Positions 40,870 to 51,209 of a stretch of 64,000 nucleotides of DNA are shown here, in pieces; positions within the stretch are counted from its first letter, which is position 1; each line of letters opens with the position of its first letter. The stretch is from an uncultured Haloferula sp. GTDB lineage: Bacteria > Verrucomicrobiota > Verrucomicrobiia > Verrucomicrobiales > Akkermansiaceae. The translations under genes and the position numbers were made by a program. The notes beneath the pieces were generated by a model. The model did not search any database. It was not told where the DNA came from and was given only the letters and a program-made list of their open reading frames with translations. The DNA is taken from positions 96,001 to 160,000 of the forward strand of contig CBFGTS010000007.1 of the NCBI GenBank assembly GCA_965652295.1, in the 5' to 3' direction.

Positions 40870-41703
40870 TCAGGCGGGTGCGAGGGATTCGAGGGCGGTT
40901 TGTCGGCCGGCTTCGTAGCAGACGGGCGCGAGGCGGTTGGTGAGGATGGAGGGAAAAGGGGTGGTGGAAACGACTTCGATGACGGTTTTTCCTCGCTCGG
41001 CAGCGAGGCGCAGTCGGTGCTGGTGGAGAGCCTTGCAGCCGGTGTGGTGGGTGCAGCCGACGGACTTGGCAACGGTCTCCCAGTTGACGACAGGGCTGGA
41101 ATTTTCCACGTACTGGATGCGATGGATGAGGATGGTGTCGATGTCATCGCGGTGGATGAGGTGCTCGAAGGGATACTCGGCGGCGATCCCTCCGTCGAGG
41201 TAGCGGTGGCCTTCGACGTCCTGGATGGTGAAGAGGCCGGGAACCGCGCAGGAGGCCATGACGAGTTCGGGCAGAGGGCCGGTGTCGCGGATGACGATCT
41301 CGTTGGCTTCGACGTCGGTGACGGCGATATCGAGTTGGCGCTCATCGAGGCGGACGTCGCCGAGGAGTTTGCGGAGGTGGCGGACCTTGCCTTTGCCGTG
41401 GAAAATGCCGGTGGCCCAGAGAACGGTGCCCACCCCGGGCATCCGCCAGAGGAAGCCGGGATCGAAGTAGGACCAGCGCATCTTGGGGTCGATGGCGGCC
41501 TTTTTCAGGTCATCGCCCCGGAGCCCGCAGGCGTAGAGGGCACCGGCGAGGGCACCGGCGGATGCGCCAGCGATGCGGGCGGGCTCGAAGCCGCGGGTGT
41601 GGAGGCCGTTGAGGAATCCGGCATGGGCATAGACGCCGAGAAGCGAGGAGCCGAGCACGACGGCGGTGCGGCGGGGGTCGGGGCGGAAGGGCGTGTCGGG
41701 CAT
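40870..41703 (-). CDS. Patatin-like phospholipase
   Basis: GASAG, ASCAVPG, LDGG; atypical oxyanion loop GSSLLG. Confidence 0.88.
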   Translation of the reverse strand: MPDTPFRPDPRRTAVVLGSSLLGVYAHAGFLNGLHTRGFEPARIAGASAGALAGALYACGLRGDDLKKAAIDPKMRWSYFDPGFLWRMPGVGTVLWATGIFHGKGKVRHLRKLLGDVRLDERQLDIAVTDVEANEIVIRDTGPLPELVMASCAVPGLFTIQDVEGHRYLDGGIAAEYPFEHLIHRDDIDTILIHRIQYVENSSPVVNWETVAKSVGCTHHTGCKALHQHRLRLAAERGKTVIEVVSTTPFPSILTNRLAPVCYEAGRQTALESLAPA

Positions 41704-41722
41704 CGGCGGGCGTAGTTTGTGA

Positions 41723-41743
41723 GTTTTCGGTTTTCAGTTTCAA
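41723..41743. repeat. Heptamer array (GTTTTCA type), solo
   Basis: GTTTTCG GTTTTCA GTTTCAA in divergent intergenic gap. Confidence 0.5.
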
Positions 41744-41767
41744 GGATGCGGGTGATTTTCCGGCCGG

Positions 41768-42133
41768 ATGACAGACGCGGTGGTGAATTTCAGAACGGGC
41801 AACGAGAAGCTGATCAAGGTGCTCGACGGTGCCTCGGCGCACTTGCGCGGCCTGCTGGAGAAGCAAGGCCGGCCGGAGGGGGCGCTGCGGATCGCGGTGA
41901 TCGGGGGCGGATGCAGCGGGCTGCAATACAAGATGGACCTGGTCGATGGTCCGAGGGACCGGGACATTCTCGTGCCCAGCAACGGCGTGCAGGTGGTGAT
42001 CGACCCGAAGAGCGCGCTCTTCGTGAGCGGCAGCGAGCTGGATTACTCGGACGACCTCCAACAGGGCGGCTTCAAGGTCACCAACCCGAACGCCGTGGTT
42101 ACCTGCTCGTGCGGGGAGAGTTTTGCGGCGTGA
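41768..42133 (+). CDS. A-type Fe-S carrier (IscA/HesB family)
   Basis: GGGCSG, NPNAVVTCSCGESF. Confidence 0.95.
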   Translation: MTDAVVNFRTGNEKLIKVLDGASAHLRGLLEKQGRPEGALRIAVIGGGCSGLQYKMDLVDGPRDRDILVPSNGVQVVIDPKSALFVSGSELDYSDDLQQGGFKVTNPNAVVTCSCGESFAA

Positions 42134-42666
42134 TGGATGCGTTCGCAGAGCTGGGCCTGGAGCGGCGGCTGGGGGTCTCCGAGGAGGAGATCCGGGCGGC
42201 GTTTCGCGAGGCGGGAAAGGTAAGGCACCCGGATGCGGGTGGGGACGCGGCGGATTTTGCAAAACTCCAGGAGGCGTTGGCGGTGGTGTCGAATCCGTCC
42301 GCGCGGCTGAAGCACTGGTTGGAACTGGAGGGGATCGAAGGCGGAATGCGGGGAGCGGTGCGGGGCGAGCTCATGGAGCTTTTTTCGCGGATTGGCCCGG
42401 TTTTGCAGGAAGCTGATGCGGTGATCCGGGAAAAGGAAGTGGCGCGCTCGGTTCTGGCGAAAGCTTTGCTGGAAGGGAAGGTCCAGGCTTGTCGTGAGCG
42501 GCTGGAGGAATGCCAGGAGTGGGTGGAAACGAACGCTTCGGGGCTGTGCGGGGATTTTGCGCAGGTCGAGCAGGGCTTGACGGACGGCTGGGAGTTGGCC
42601 CGCGAGTTGGCCTTTTTGGGGAAGTGGGCGGCGGAGCTGCGGGCGCGTTACGCGGCGTTGTGGTGA
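42133..42666 (+). CDS. HscB-like J-domain co-chaperone
   Basis: MDAFAELGL...RHPD; TGATG overlap with the iscA-like gene. Confidence 0.75.
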   Translation: MDAFAELGLERRLGVSEEEIRAAFREAGKVRHPDAGGDAADFAKLQEALAVVSNPSARLKHWLELEGIEGGMRGAVRGELMELFSRIGPVLQEADAVIREKEVARSVLAKALLEGKVQACRERLEECQEWVETNASGLCGDFAQVEQGLTDGWELARELAFLGKWAAELRARYAALW

Positions 42667-42710
42667 GCCGGGCGCGTTGACAGGAGGCACGGGGGCTTTA
42701 AAACCCGGTC

Positions 42711-44168
42711 ATGACGAGGCAGTTGTTCGGATGGGTTGTCGCGCTGGCGCTGGCGGTCCCGCTGGGTGCGCGTGAAATGCGAACTTTCGCCGATACGCAG
42801 GGCCGGAAGTTGGTCGCCCAGGTGGTCGGCTTTTCCGAAGGTAAGGTGAAATTGCGGCGCAACGACGGAAAGGTGTTCGAGCTGGAGGAGTCGCGCCTTT
42901 CGAAGGAGGACCAGGAGTATCTCAATGGTCTGCGCGAAGCCTCCGCGGCGGAGGTGGACAAGCTCAACTCGGCTGCCGGGCATCCGCTTTTCACGAAGAA
43001 GCCCTTGCTCCAACGACCGGCCGAGGAGGTGGCGCGGACACTGGGGTTGAGACCGGAATCGAAAACTTCGGGGCTTTATTCCTGGCGCTTGTATGCCGCC
43101 TTCTATGGTGGACCGGACGGCGGAAAGCCGGGTAGCTACCGGCTTTTCGGTGCGATGCCGTTTTCCCTGGCACTCTATGCGGATCCCTATGGTTCGGTGA
43201 GTCATTTGTCCGCCGTGTTCGCAAACAAGGGCGATTTCGGTTCGTCCGCCGGCTTCGGCGAGGATCACTTCGAGGAAGGGGAATCGCAGGAATCCGGCAG
43301 CCTTGAGGATGCGATGGAGCTGGATTTCAACACCATCACCGCGCGCCTCACCGAAGCCCTCGGAGTACCCGAGACGCAACGTTTCGGCGAGGGGAAGGAG
43401 CGCCGCACGGTTTCCCGCTGGGATGCACAGGGCGTTTCGATTCTGTTGGCGATGGAGGACGAGGAATTCGTCAACCTCTCGATCGTGCCCGTGGAATTCG
43501 CCGAGAGAGGCGGCAAGACCGAGCGGGTCGATGACAGCGCGATCAAGCAGCGGGTGGCGGCGGCGGTGAAGCGCGGGGACAATGGTGACGTGATCATCAC
43601 CGGCATCCCGATGGTCGACCAGGGTCCGAAGGGCTATTGCGTGCCGGCGACCTTCGAGCGGGCGATGCGTTTCATGGGCATGGAGGCGGACATGTATCTT
43701 CTGGCGATGGTCGGGCAAACCTCCGCCGGCGGCGGGACCTCGCCGAAATTGCTGATCGATGAGGTGGAGTCACAGGTTTACCGCAAGGGCCGCCGCACCC
43801 GCGATGATGAGACGAAGAAGCTGGCGATCTCGAAGATGAAGCGTTTCCTCGACGACGGAATCCCGGTGATGTGGCGGATGTATTCGTTGGATGCCTACAA
43901 CGAGATCGCCAACAAGAACACCGAGGCACGGGCGAAGGTGGAGGACTGGGCGGACTGGGCGGCGAAAGTCGCGGCCCAGTCGGACGACTATTCCAAGCGC
44001 GAGCCGACACCGGACGCGCATCACATCTGCATGATCATCGGCTACAATGAAGCGACCGGCGAGTTGGCGGTGAGCGATTCGTGGGGTGCGCGCTATGAGC
44101 TGCGCTGGGTGCCGGAGGGTGTCGCGCAGTGGGTGAACGGCGGCGGGCTGTTCATGATCCTGCCATGA
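42711..44168 (+). CDS. Exported SHD1-domain protein with C-terminal papain/C39-like peptidase domain
   Basis: RTFADTQGRK...LSKEDQEYL; PMVDQGPKGYC, H.CMIIGYN, DSWG. Confidence 0.75.
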   Translation: MTRQLFGWVVALALAVPLGAREMRTFADTQGRKLVAQVVGFSEGKVKLRRNDGKVFELEESRLSKEDQEYLNGLREASAAEVDKLNSAAGHPLFTKKPLLQRPAEEVARTLGLRPESKTSGLYSWRLYAAFYGGPDGGKPGSYRLFGAMPFSLALYADPYGSVSHLSAVFANKGDFGSSAGFGEDHFEEGESQESGSLEDAMELDFNTITARLTEALGVPETQRFGEGKERRTVSRWDAQGVSILLAMEDEEFVNLSIVPVEFAERGGKTERVDDSAIKQRVAAAVKRGDNGDVIITGIPMVDQGPKGYCVPATFERAMRFMGMEADMYLLAMVGQTSAGGGTSPKLLIDEVESQVYRKGRRTRDDETKKLAISKMKRFLDDGIPVMWRMYSLDAYNEIANKNTEARAKVEDWADWAAKVAAQSDDYSKREPTPDAHHICMIIGYNEATGELAVSDSWGARYELRWVPEGVAQWVNGGGLFMILP

Positions 44169-44800
44169 GCGCGCTGCCCGAGCTGATCGCCTTTGCCGGC
44201 GTGATGGCGGTCGGGCAGTTCAGCCCCGGGCCGGACCTCTTGTTGGTGACGCGGACGGCGCTTTCCGACGGCACGGCGGCCGGAGTGAGGACGGCGGCGG
44301 GCATTGCTACGGGGTTGATCGTACACGCCTCGCTGGCGGTGGCGGGTGTTTCGGCGCTCTTCCGCGCGCAGGGTGGGTTGGGGAAAACGGTGGCCTGGGT
44401 GGGTGCGGCTTATCTGTTCTGGCTCGCCATCGGACTGGTGCGGAAAGCGGGGCAGGTTCCTGAGGCGGGTGGGGCCCGACCGGGACATGCCGTCTACGTC
44501 CGGGGACTTCTATGCAATCTTCTCAACCCGAAGGCGCTGTTGTTTCTCGCTGCGGTGAGCAGTCCGTTTCTTGCCGGAAGGAGCGAAACTTGGTGGCCAT
44601 GGGCGATCGCCGGCGTGGCCGTGATCCAGGGATTCGCACTGTGGTGCGGCTGGGCGGCCGTGCTTCAGTGGCCGCCGGTTCAGCGCGGATACCGGCGCGC
44701 GGCGAAATGGATCGACCGGGTCTTCGCCGTGATGCTCGCGGCCCTCGCGGTAGGGCTGCTGGTGGAGGTGGGGAGCTTGAGCGGGATGGCCATTCGGTAA
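44165..44800 (+). CDS. LysE/RhtB family exporter
   Basis: SPGPD, GAAYL, NLLNPKA. Confidence 0.92.
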   Translation: MSALPELIAFAGVMAVGQFSPGPDLLLVTRTALSDGTAAGVRTAAGIATGLIVHASLAVAGVSALFRAQGGLGKTVAWVGAAYLFWLAIGLVRKAGQVPEAGGARPGHAVYVRGLLCNLLNPKALLFLAAVSSPFLAGRSETWWPWAIAGVAVIQGFALWCGWAAVLQWPPVQRGYRRAAKWIDRVFAVMLAALAVGLLVEVGSLSGMAIR

Positions 44801-44859
44801 GCCTGCGGGCAGTTTACAAGAAACGGATACACCAGGGTCAACTCGCTTGAATGGGCCTT

Positions 44860-47800
44860 CTAGGTCCTGAGTTCCGCCACGAGGAAGGGCGCGGTGGCGG
44901 AGCGTTTGGAGCGTGCGATCTTCTCGGGCGGGCCTTGGGCGACGATCTTGCCGCCGGCGTCGCCGCCTTCGGGGCCGAGGTCGAGGATCCAGTCGGCCTC
45001 GGCGGCGACGGCCATGTGGTGCTCGATGACGACGACGGTGTGACCTTCATCCACGAGGCGGTGAAGGACGTCGATGAGGCGTTTCACATCCTCGAGATGG
45101 AGGCCCACGGTGGGCTCCTCGATGAGGTAGAGGTTGCTGGTTTTTAGCTCGCGGGTGGTGAGCTGGGCCTTGGCCGAGCGGCCGCGGATGAGCTGGGAAA
45201 CGAGCTTGATGCGCTGGGCCTCGCCGCCGCTGAGGGTGGGTGAAGGTTGGCCGAGCTGGAGGTAGCCGAGGCCGGTGTCGGCAAGGAGTTGGAGGGGGGT
45301 GGCGATGCGCGGTTGGCTTTCGAAGAACCCGGCCGCCTGCTCGATGGTCATCTTGAGGATCTCGCCGATGTTCTTTTCCCGGAAGCGGACGTCGAGGGTG
45401 GCGGAGTTGTAGCGGAGCTCGTCGCAGGCTTCGCAGGGGACCCAGGTGGTGGGGAGGAAATCCATCTCGAGCTTCACTCGGCCGTTGCCCTCGCAGACGG
45501 AGCAGCGTCCATCGCCGGTGTTGAAGGAGAAACGGGAGGCATCGTAGCCGCGCATCCGTGAGTCGGGCAGCTGGGCGAAGAGCTTGCGGATGTCGTCGAA
45601 GACCTTGACGTAGGTGGCGGGGCAGGAGCGGGAGGTCTTGCCGATGGGAGACTGATCGACTTCGTAAACGGACTTGATGCCCTTATGCCCGGAGACACGG
45701 GAATAGGTTTTGGCCGAGGAGGCCTGGCGGTTGAAAACCGCCGCCACGCATTGGTGCATGAGCGTGGATTTCCCGGATCCGGAGATACCGGTGAGAACGG
45801 TGAGCCGGCCGAGCGGAATCGCGGCGTCGAGGTTCTTGAGGTTGTTGGCGGTGCAGCCGGTGAGTTTGAGGAAGGGGTGGGATTTGCCGATAGGGCGGCG
45901 CCCGCCGCGCATCGGGTGGGCGATGGGATGGGTGAGGGCTTGGTAGGTCGGTGAGTTTGCGAGTTGGAAGTTTTCAGTTTTCAGGGAAGACGCTTCGCGT
46001 TTGGCAGTCTTCTTCTGTTTTTTACTGAAAACTGAAAACTGAACACTAGCAACTTCCGGAGGCGGACCTTGATACACGACCTCGCCGCCGAGCCGACCCG
46101 CACCCGGACCGAGATCGATGAGGTGGTCGGCGCGGGCGATGGTGTCTTCGTCGTGCTCGACGATGATGAGGGAATTTCCGCGGTCGCGGAGGTGGATGAG
46201 GGTGTCGAGGAGCTTGGCGTTGTCCCGGGGGTGGAGACCGATGGTGGGTTCGTCGAGGACGTAGAGGACGCCCTGGAGGTTCGAGCCGAGCTGGGCGGCG
46301 AGGCGGATGCGCTGGCTTTCGCCGCCGCTCAGGGTTTTCGCGGAGCGATCGAGCTGGAGGTAGCCGAGACCGACGTGGTCGAGGAAGGCGAGGCGCTGGG
46401 TGATCTCGGGGAGGATGTCGCGGGCGATGAGATGTTCGCGCGGACCGGTGAATTTGACTTTGGAGAAATGGCTGGCTGCGTCGGCGACGGGGAGGCGGGA
46501 GAGGTCGGCGATGCTGACGGAATCGCGGCGGGCCGCCGCTCCCACGGCCTGCCCCGGGCCGGGGTAGCCACTGAGCCGGACGGCGCGGGACTCGGGATTG
46601 AGGCGGGAGCCGTGGCAATCGGGGCACTCGACGAGTTCGACCTCATCCATGCGCTCGATTTTCCGGTCGGCGTCGAGTTCGGCGGCGAGGACGGAATCGT
46701 GCCGCGAGACGTCGAGGTGGAGCCGGCGCTTCGGCGTGCGGCCGTGGCCGCGGCAGGTGGGGCACCAGCCGTGGGGGGAGTTGAAGGAGAAAAGACGCGG
46801 ATCGAGTTCGTCGAAGGAGCGCTGGCAGGAGGGGCAGGCGGCCTCGGTGGAGAGGATGAGGATCTTCTTGTCCGGCGTGATGAGCTTGAGGGTGCCTTTG
46901 CCGATTTCGAGGGCGCGGGAGATGGCGGATGGGAGGTCAGTGGGAGAAGAGGGTTTTGGCGGGACGCCAAAACCTGCCGGCGAGACGCCGGCGCTCCCCT
47001 CCCAGACGACGACGTCGAGGTCGTGTTCCTTGAAGCGTTCGAGGCGGGTGAAGCCTTCGGCGTTGCGGAGCTTTCCGTCGACGAGGAGTTTGGTGAATCC
47101 GTGCTTGAGCGCCCAGTCGGCGACTTCGGTGTGATAGCCTTTCCGCCCGCGGATGATGGGGGAGAGGATGGAGACCGGGCCTTTCTTGAGGTGGCCGCGG
47201 ATGGTGGTTTCGATGGCGGCGATCGATTGCTTCTCCACCGGAACGTCGCAGTCCGGGCAGTAGCGGGTGCCGAGCTTGGCGTAGAGGAGACGGATGAAGT
47301 TCCAGAGTTCGGTGACGGTGGCGACGGTGGATTTCATGCCGCCTTGGGAGACCCGCTGCTCGATGGCCACGGTGGGAGGGAGGCCGCTGAGCAGGTCGAG
47401 GTCGGGCTTTTCGAGCTGCTCGGCGAACTGCCGGGCGTAGGCGGACATGGAGTCGAGGAAACGGCGCTGGCCCTCGGCGAAGAGGATGTCGAAGGCGAGG
47501 GTGGATTTTCCGGAGCCGGAAAGGCCGGAGACGACGACGAGCTGGTCGCGCGGGATATCGACGGAGATGTTCTTGAGGTTGTGCTCGCGGGCACCGCGGA
47601 GGCTGATGGCGGTTTGGGAGATGGAGGGTGGGAGGTGCTTGCCTGAGGACACAGGCGGGACGCCTGTGCTCCTTTTTTTGAGGAAGCGGGCGGTTTCGGT
47701 GTTGAGTTTGGCGACCTTTTTGGGCGGGCCCTGGGCGACGAGTTGGCCGCCGTCCTTGCCGGCACCGGGGCCGAGTTCGATGAGCCAGTCGGCGGATTTG

Positions 47801-50712
47801 ATGACGTCGAGGTTGTGCTCGATGACGAGCAGGCTGTGGCCGTGATCGACGAGCCGCTGGAAGACCCCGAGGAGGCGTTCGATGTCGGTGAAATGGAGCC
47901 CGGTGGTGGGCTCGTCGAGGATGAGAAGCTTGGAACGCCCGTGCCGGGCGTCGGTCTTCTTGCCGGTGTCGGCGATGATCTGGCAGAGCTTGAGACGCTG
48001 GGATTCGCCGCCGGAAAGGGTGTTGAGGGGTTGGCCGAGCTTGATGTAGCCGAGGCCGACTTCGCTGAGCGGGAGCAGCGCACCGCGGATGGAACTGTGA
48101 CGTTTGCGGGTCGAGGTGGTGGACGAAGGGTCGTCGGCGTAGAAACGGAGGGCTTGGTCGATGGTGAGTTCGAGGACGTCGGCGATCGATTTCCCACGAT
48201 AGAGGAAATCGAGCGTGGACGGCTTGTAGCGTCGGCCGGAGCAGTCGGGGCAGGTGACCTGGATGTCGGAAAGGAACTGCATCTCGACCTTCTCGAAACC
48301 GGCACCGGAGCAGCGGTCGCAACGGCCGTCGCCGGAGTTGAAGGAGAAGAAGCCGGTGTTGCAGCCGTGGGCCGTGGCGTCCGGCGTCTGGGCGAAGAGC
48401 TGGCGGATTTCGTTGAAGGCACCGAGCAGGATGGCCGGAGTGGAGCGCGGCGTGCGGGCCAGCGGGGATTGATCGACGATGAGGACGTCCTTCAAATACT
48501 GCGTGCCCCGTAGTTCCTTGAGGGGTGCGGGATCGAGTTCGGGAACTTCCTTTTTAAGGCGTTTCGCCAGGTTGGCGAAGAGGACGTCGTGGGCGAGCGT
48601 GGACTTGCCGGAACCGGAGACGCCGGTGAGGCAGACGAAGAGGCCGAGCGGGAGATCGAGGTCGAGCTTCCGGAGGTTGTGGCGGGTGGCTCCGCGGACC
48701 GTCAGAAGCGCGTCACCCGGCTCTCGGACGGTCTCCGGCGGATGAATCTGCTTTTCACCCGAGAGCCAGGGCAGCGTGCCGGTGGAGTCTGCTAGTTGGC
48801 AGTTTTCAGTTTTCAGGGAAGACGCTCCGCGTTTGGCGGTCTCTTTGCCTTTGCTGAAAACTGAACTCTGAACACTCGCACACTCCCGGAGGGCTCCCTG
48901 ATAGATGAGGGTGCCGCCGTTTTCGCCGGAGGCGGGGCCGAGGTCGATGAGGTGGTCGGCGGCGCGCATGACGGACTCCTCGTGTTCGACGACGACGATG
49001 GTGTTCCCCTTGTCGCGCAGGTCGTGCATGACGCCGACGAGGCGTTCGACGTCGCGCGGGTGGAGACCGACGGTGGGTTCGTCGAGGACGAAAAGGGTGT
49101 TTGAGAGGGATGCGCCGAGGCAGGTAGTGAGGTTGACCCGCTCGATTTCGCCACCTGACAAGGTGCGTGCGGGCCGGTCGAGGGTGAGGTAGGCGAGGCC
49201 GACCTGATCGAGGTAGCTGAGGCGGGAGGTGATCTCGGTGAGGACCAACTCCAGCGCGGAGTGCGGAGCGGGGAGCGCGGAGTGGAAATCCCTGAAGAAG
49301 GGGAGCAGCTCGGAGACGGGGAGCTGCCAGAGATCGGGCAGGGTTTTGTCGGCGACCTTGAAGCAGAGGGCTTCGGGCTGGAGGCGCTTGCCGCGGCATT
49401 TGGGGCAGGCGGTGTAGGAGCGGAAACGGCTGAGGAAGACGCGGACATGCATCTTGTAAGCCTTGGTTTCGAGCCAGTCGAAGAAGCCCTTGATGCCGTA
49501 CCAGCCGCCGTCGCGCCAGAGGTCCTCCATTTCTTCCATGGTGGCCTCGGGGCGGTCGCCGTATTTCACCCACTCCTGGGTGTCCTGGTCGAGGTTCTCG
49601 AAGGGGGTGGTGACGGAGATGTCGCGCTCACGGCAATTGCGCAGGAGGTCGCGCTGGCATTCCTCGCCGCGCTCGCCTTGGAAGGGCCGGATGGCTCCTT
49701 TTTTCAGACTGAGGGAGGGGTCGGGAATGGCTTTGTCGAGATCGATGCCGATGACGCGTCCGAAGCCGCGGCAATGAGGGCAGGCTCCGAGGGGGTTGTT
49801 GAAGGAGAAGAGGGCGGGGGAAGGGGGGCGGAGGGTGAAGCCGGTGGCGGGGTTCTGCCAGGCGCTCGAGAACGAGCGCTGGATGGAAGATGGTGGATGG
49901 TGGATGGTGGATTTCCCCTTGCCCAGGGTGAAGGCGTGTTCGAGGGCTTCGAGGAGGCGGGCGCGGGTCTTGTTGGAAACGGTGAGGCGATCCTGGATGA
50001 CGGTGGCGATGCCGGTCTGCCGCCGACGAGTCGGGGGAACAAGACCGGCGCTCCCTGTGGGTTCGTCGGTGCGGAGGATTTCGCCCTCGGGGGTGAGGAT
50101 GCGGAGGTAGCCTTGTTGGTTGAGGAAGGGGAAAAGGTCGTCGGTTTTCGTGTCCGCGGGGATGGGGACGGGGAAGGTGACGAGCACTTGCTGGCCATCG
50201 AGGTTTTCCATGGCCCAGTCGGCGGCGGACTCGGGCGAATCGGGGCGGATCTCCTCGCCGGTCTGCGGGTCGAAACCGGTGGCCGCGCGGGCGAAGAGGA
50301 GCTTCAGGTAATCGTTGAGCTCGGTGAGGGTGCCGACGGTCGAGCGGGTGGTGCGGATGTTGTTCTTTTGCTCGATCGCGATGGCCGGCGGGATGCCATC
50401 GATGCGATCGACGTCCGGCTTGTCCATGCGATCGAAGAACTGCCGGACGTAGGGCGAGAAGGTCTCGACGTAGCGGCGCTGGCCCTCGGCGTAGAGGGTG
50501 TGGAAGGCGAGCGAGGATTTTCCGGAGCCGGAGGGACCGGTGACGACGGTGAGCTGGCCCAGAGGGATGTCGAGATCGAGGCTCTTCAGGTTGTGCTGGC
50601 GTGCGCCGCGGATCTGGATGGAGGAAGCAGGCTTGGGTCCGGGGACGGCGGACGAGCGGGCGCGCTTTTTGGCGGCCTGTTTTTTCGCAGCGGTCTTCTT
50701 TTTCGCGGGCAC
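44860..50712 (-). CDS. uvrA: Excinuclease ABC subunit A, tandem-fused double UvrA
   Basis: Four Walker A (GxSGSGKS) and four LSGGE motifs; two GARxHNLK starts and two EGQRR motifs; zinc fingers. Confidence 0.95.
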   Translation of the reverse strand: MPAKKKTAAKKQAAKKRARSSAVPGPKPASSIQIRGARQHNLKSLDLDIPLGQLTVVTGPSGSGKSSLAFHTLYAEGQRRYVETFSPYVRQFFDRMDKPDVDRIDGIPPAIAIEQKNNIRTTRSTVGTLTELNDYLKLLFARAATGFDPQTGEEIRPDSPESAADWAMENLDGQQVLVTFPVPIPADTKTDDLFPFLNQQGYLRILTPEGEILRTDEPTGSAGLVPPTRRRQTGIATVIQDRLTVSNKTRARLLEALEHAFTLGKGKSTIHHPPSSIQRSFSSAWQNPATGFTLRPPSPALFSFNNPLGACPHCRGFGRVIGIDLDKAIPDPSLSLKKGAIRPFQGERGEECQRDLLRNCRERDISVTTPFENLDQDTQEWVKYGDRPEATMEEMEDLWRDGGWYGIKGFFDWLETKAYKMHVRVFLSRFRSYTACPKCRGKRLQPEALCFKVADKTLPDLWQLPVSELLPFFRDFHSALPAPHSALELVLTEITSRLSYLDQVGLAYLTLDRPARTLSGGEIERVNLTTCLGASLSNTLFVLDEPTVGLHPRDVERLVGVMHDLRDKGNTIVVVEHEESVMRAADHLIDLGPASGENGGTLIYQGALRECASVQSSVFSKGKETAKRGASSLKTENCQLADSTGTLPWLSGEKQIHPPETVREPGDALLTVRGATRHNLRKLDLDLPLGLFVCLTGVSGSGKSTLAHDVLFANLAKRLKKEVPELDPAPLKELRGTQYLKDVLIVDQSPLARTPRSTPAILLGAFNEIRQLFAQTPDATAHGCNTGFFSFNSGDGRCDRCSGAGFEKVEMQFLSDIQVTCPDCSGRRYKPSTLDFLYRGKSIADVLELTIDQALRFYADDPSSTTSTRKRHSSIRGALLPLSEVGLGYIKLGQPLNTLSGGESQRLKLCQIIADTGKKTDARHGRSKLLILDEPTTGLHFTDIERLLGVFQRLVDHGHSLLVIEHNLDVIKSADWLIELGPGAGKDGGQLVAQGPPKKVAKLNTETARFLKKRSTGVPPVSSGKHLPPSISQTAISLRGAREHNLKNISVDIPRDQLVVVSGLSGSGKSTLAFDILFAEGQRRFLDSMSAYARQFAEQLEKPDLDLLSGLPPTVAIEQRVSQGGMKSTVATVTELWNFIRLLYAKLGTRYCPDCDVPVEKQSIAAIETTIRGHLKKGPVSILSPIIRGRKGYHTEVADWALKHGFTKLLVDGKLRNAEGFTRLERFKEHDLDVVVWEGSAGVSPAGFGVPPKPSSPTDLPSAISRALEIGKGTLKLITPDKKILILSTEAACPSCQRSFDELDPRLFSFNSPHGWCPTCRGHGRTPKRRLHLDVSRHDSVLAAELDADRKIERMDEVELVECPDCHGSRLNPESRAVRLSGYPGPGQAVGAAARRDSVSIADLSRLPVADAASHFSKVKFTGPREHLIARDILPEITQRLAFLDHVGLGYLQLDRSAKTLSGGESQRIRLAAQLGSNLQGVLYVLDEPTIGLHPRDNAKLLDTLIHLRDRGNSLIIVEHDEDTIARADHLIDLGPGAGRLGGEVVYQGPPPEVASVQFSVFSKKQKKTAKREASSLKTENFQLANSPTYQALTHPIAHPMRGGRRPIGKSHPFLKLTGCTANNLKNLDAAIPLGRLTVLTGISGSGKSTLMHQCVAAVFNRQASSAKTYSRVSGHKGIKSVYEVDQSPIGKTSRSCPATYVKVFDDIRKLFAQLPDSRMRGYDASRFSFNTGDGRCSVCEGNGRVKLEMDFLPTTWVPCEACDELRYNSATLDVRFREKNIGEILKMTIEQAAGFFESQPRIATPLQLLADTGLGYLQLGQPSPTLSGGEAQRIKLVSQLIRGRSAKAQLTTRELKTSNLYLIEEPTVGLHLEDVKRLIDVLHRLVDEGHTVVVIEHHMAVAAEADWILDLGPEGGDAGGKIVAQGPPEKIARSKRSATAPFLVAELRT
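45962..46047. repeat. In-frame mini-element with inverted heptamer arms, copy 1
   Basis: AGTTGGAAGTTTTCAGTTTTCAG...CTGAAAACTGAAAACTGAACACT; encodes SVQFSVFS...LKTENFQL. Confidence 0.85.
46523..46545 (-). repeat. REP-like palindrome in uvrA
   Basis: GTGGGAGCGGCGGCCCGCCGCGA; encodes VGAAARRD. Confidence 0.65.
46952..46998 (-). repeat. REP-like double hairpin in uvrA
   Basis: GGGAGCGCCGGCGTCTCGCCGGC plus GGTTTTGGCGTCCCGCCAAAACC; encodes [16 protein letters not shown]. Confidence 0.75.
47650..47672 (-). repeat. REP-like palindrome in the linker between UvrA halves
   Basis: GGAGCACAGGCGTCCCGCCTGTG; encodes STGVPPV. Confidence 0.7.
48794..48876. repeat. In-frame mini-element with inverted heptamer arms, copy 2
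   Basis: AGTTGGCAGTTTTCAGTTTTCAG...CTGAAAACTGAACTCTGAACACT; encodes SVQSSVFS...LKTENCQL. Confidence 0.85.
49254..49288. repeat. Heptamer array (GYGCGGA type) in uvrA
   Basis: GCGCGGA GTGCGGA GCGGGGA GCGCGGA GTGGAAA; encodes [11 protein letters not shown]. Confidence 0.7.
49882..49912. repeat. Heptamer array (GATGGTG type) in uvrA
   Basis: GATGGAA (GATGGTG)x3 GAT; encodes [18 protein letters not shown] segment. Confidence 0.8.
50011..50055 (-). repeat. REP-like palindrome with nested hairpin in uvrA
   Basis: GGGAGCGCCGGTCT...CCGACTCGTCGG...AGACCGGC; encodes [15 protein letters not shown]. Confidence 0.65.
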
Positions 50713-50718
50713 GGCGGG

Positions 50719-50769
50719 AGATTAGGCGGGAGGGGGAGGGTTGCCAGTGGAGTTTGCAGGCACTATGCC
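50719..50769. promoter_or_regulatory. Divergent back-to-back promoters (uvrA / globin)
   Basis: Plus: TTGCCA(50741)-17nt-TATGCC-5nt-ATG; minus: TAATCT 6 nt before uvrA GTG. Confidence 0.5.
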
Positions 50770-50774
50770 GGGTC

Positions 50775-51152
50775 ATGGAAACACTGGAGCAAGTGGTCGC
50801 GCGGGAGCTGGGACCGGAAGGGATCGCGGCGCTGGTGGCGGCGTTCTACCGCCGGGTGCCGGGCGATGATCTGATGGGGCCGATGTACCCGGAGGAGGAT
50901 CTGGCCGGGGCGGAGGAGCGTCTCAGGGATTTCCTGAAATTCCGTCTGCTGGGGGATCCCGTGTATCAGTTCAAGCGCGGGCATCCCCGGCTGCGGATGC
51001 GGCACGCGCCCTTTGCCATCGGCGAGGCGGAGCGTGATCGCTGGCTGGAGCTGATGGAGGCGGCGATGGAGGAAACGGCGGTGAGCGCGGAGGCCCGGCG
51101 GGTGCTGAGGCCGTTTTTCGCCCAAGTGGCGGATTTCATGCGGAACCGGTGA
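50775..51152 (+). CDS. Group II truncated hemoglobin
   Basis: LVAAFYRRV..D, RGHPRLRMRHAPF.IG..ERDRWL. Confidence 0.92.
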   Translation: METLEQVVARELGPEGIAALVAAFYRRVPGDDLMGPMYPEEDLAGAEERLRDFLKFRLLGDPVYQFKRGHPRLRMRHAPFAIGEAERDRWLELMEAAMEETAVSAEARRVLRPFFAQVADFMRNR

Positions 51153-51170
51153 AGCGCCCGGGCTCCGGGG

Positions 51171-51190
51171 CCCCCTGAAGGGGGAACTAC
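51171..51190 (-). repeat. GTAG-type REP-like palindrome between convergent genes
   Basis: GTAGTTCCCCCTTCAGGGGG on minus strand. Confidence 0.6.
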
Positions 51191-51209
51191 GTGCAGCCGG
51201 AGGCGACTT

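Noticed and set aside
44860..50712. Double-length UvrA as novel, or as an assembly artefact or intein host
   Set aside because: Fused UvrA is known, e.g. in Chlamydiae; the halves are diverged, and the inserts are too short and lack intein motifs
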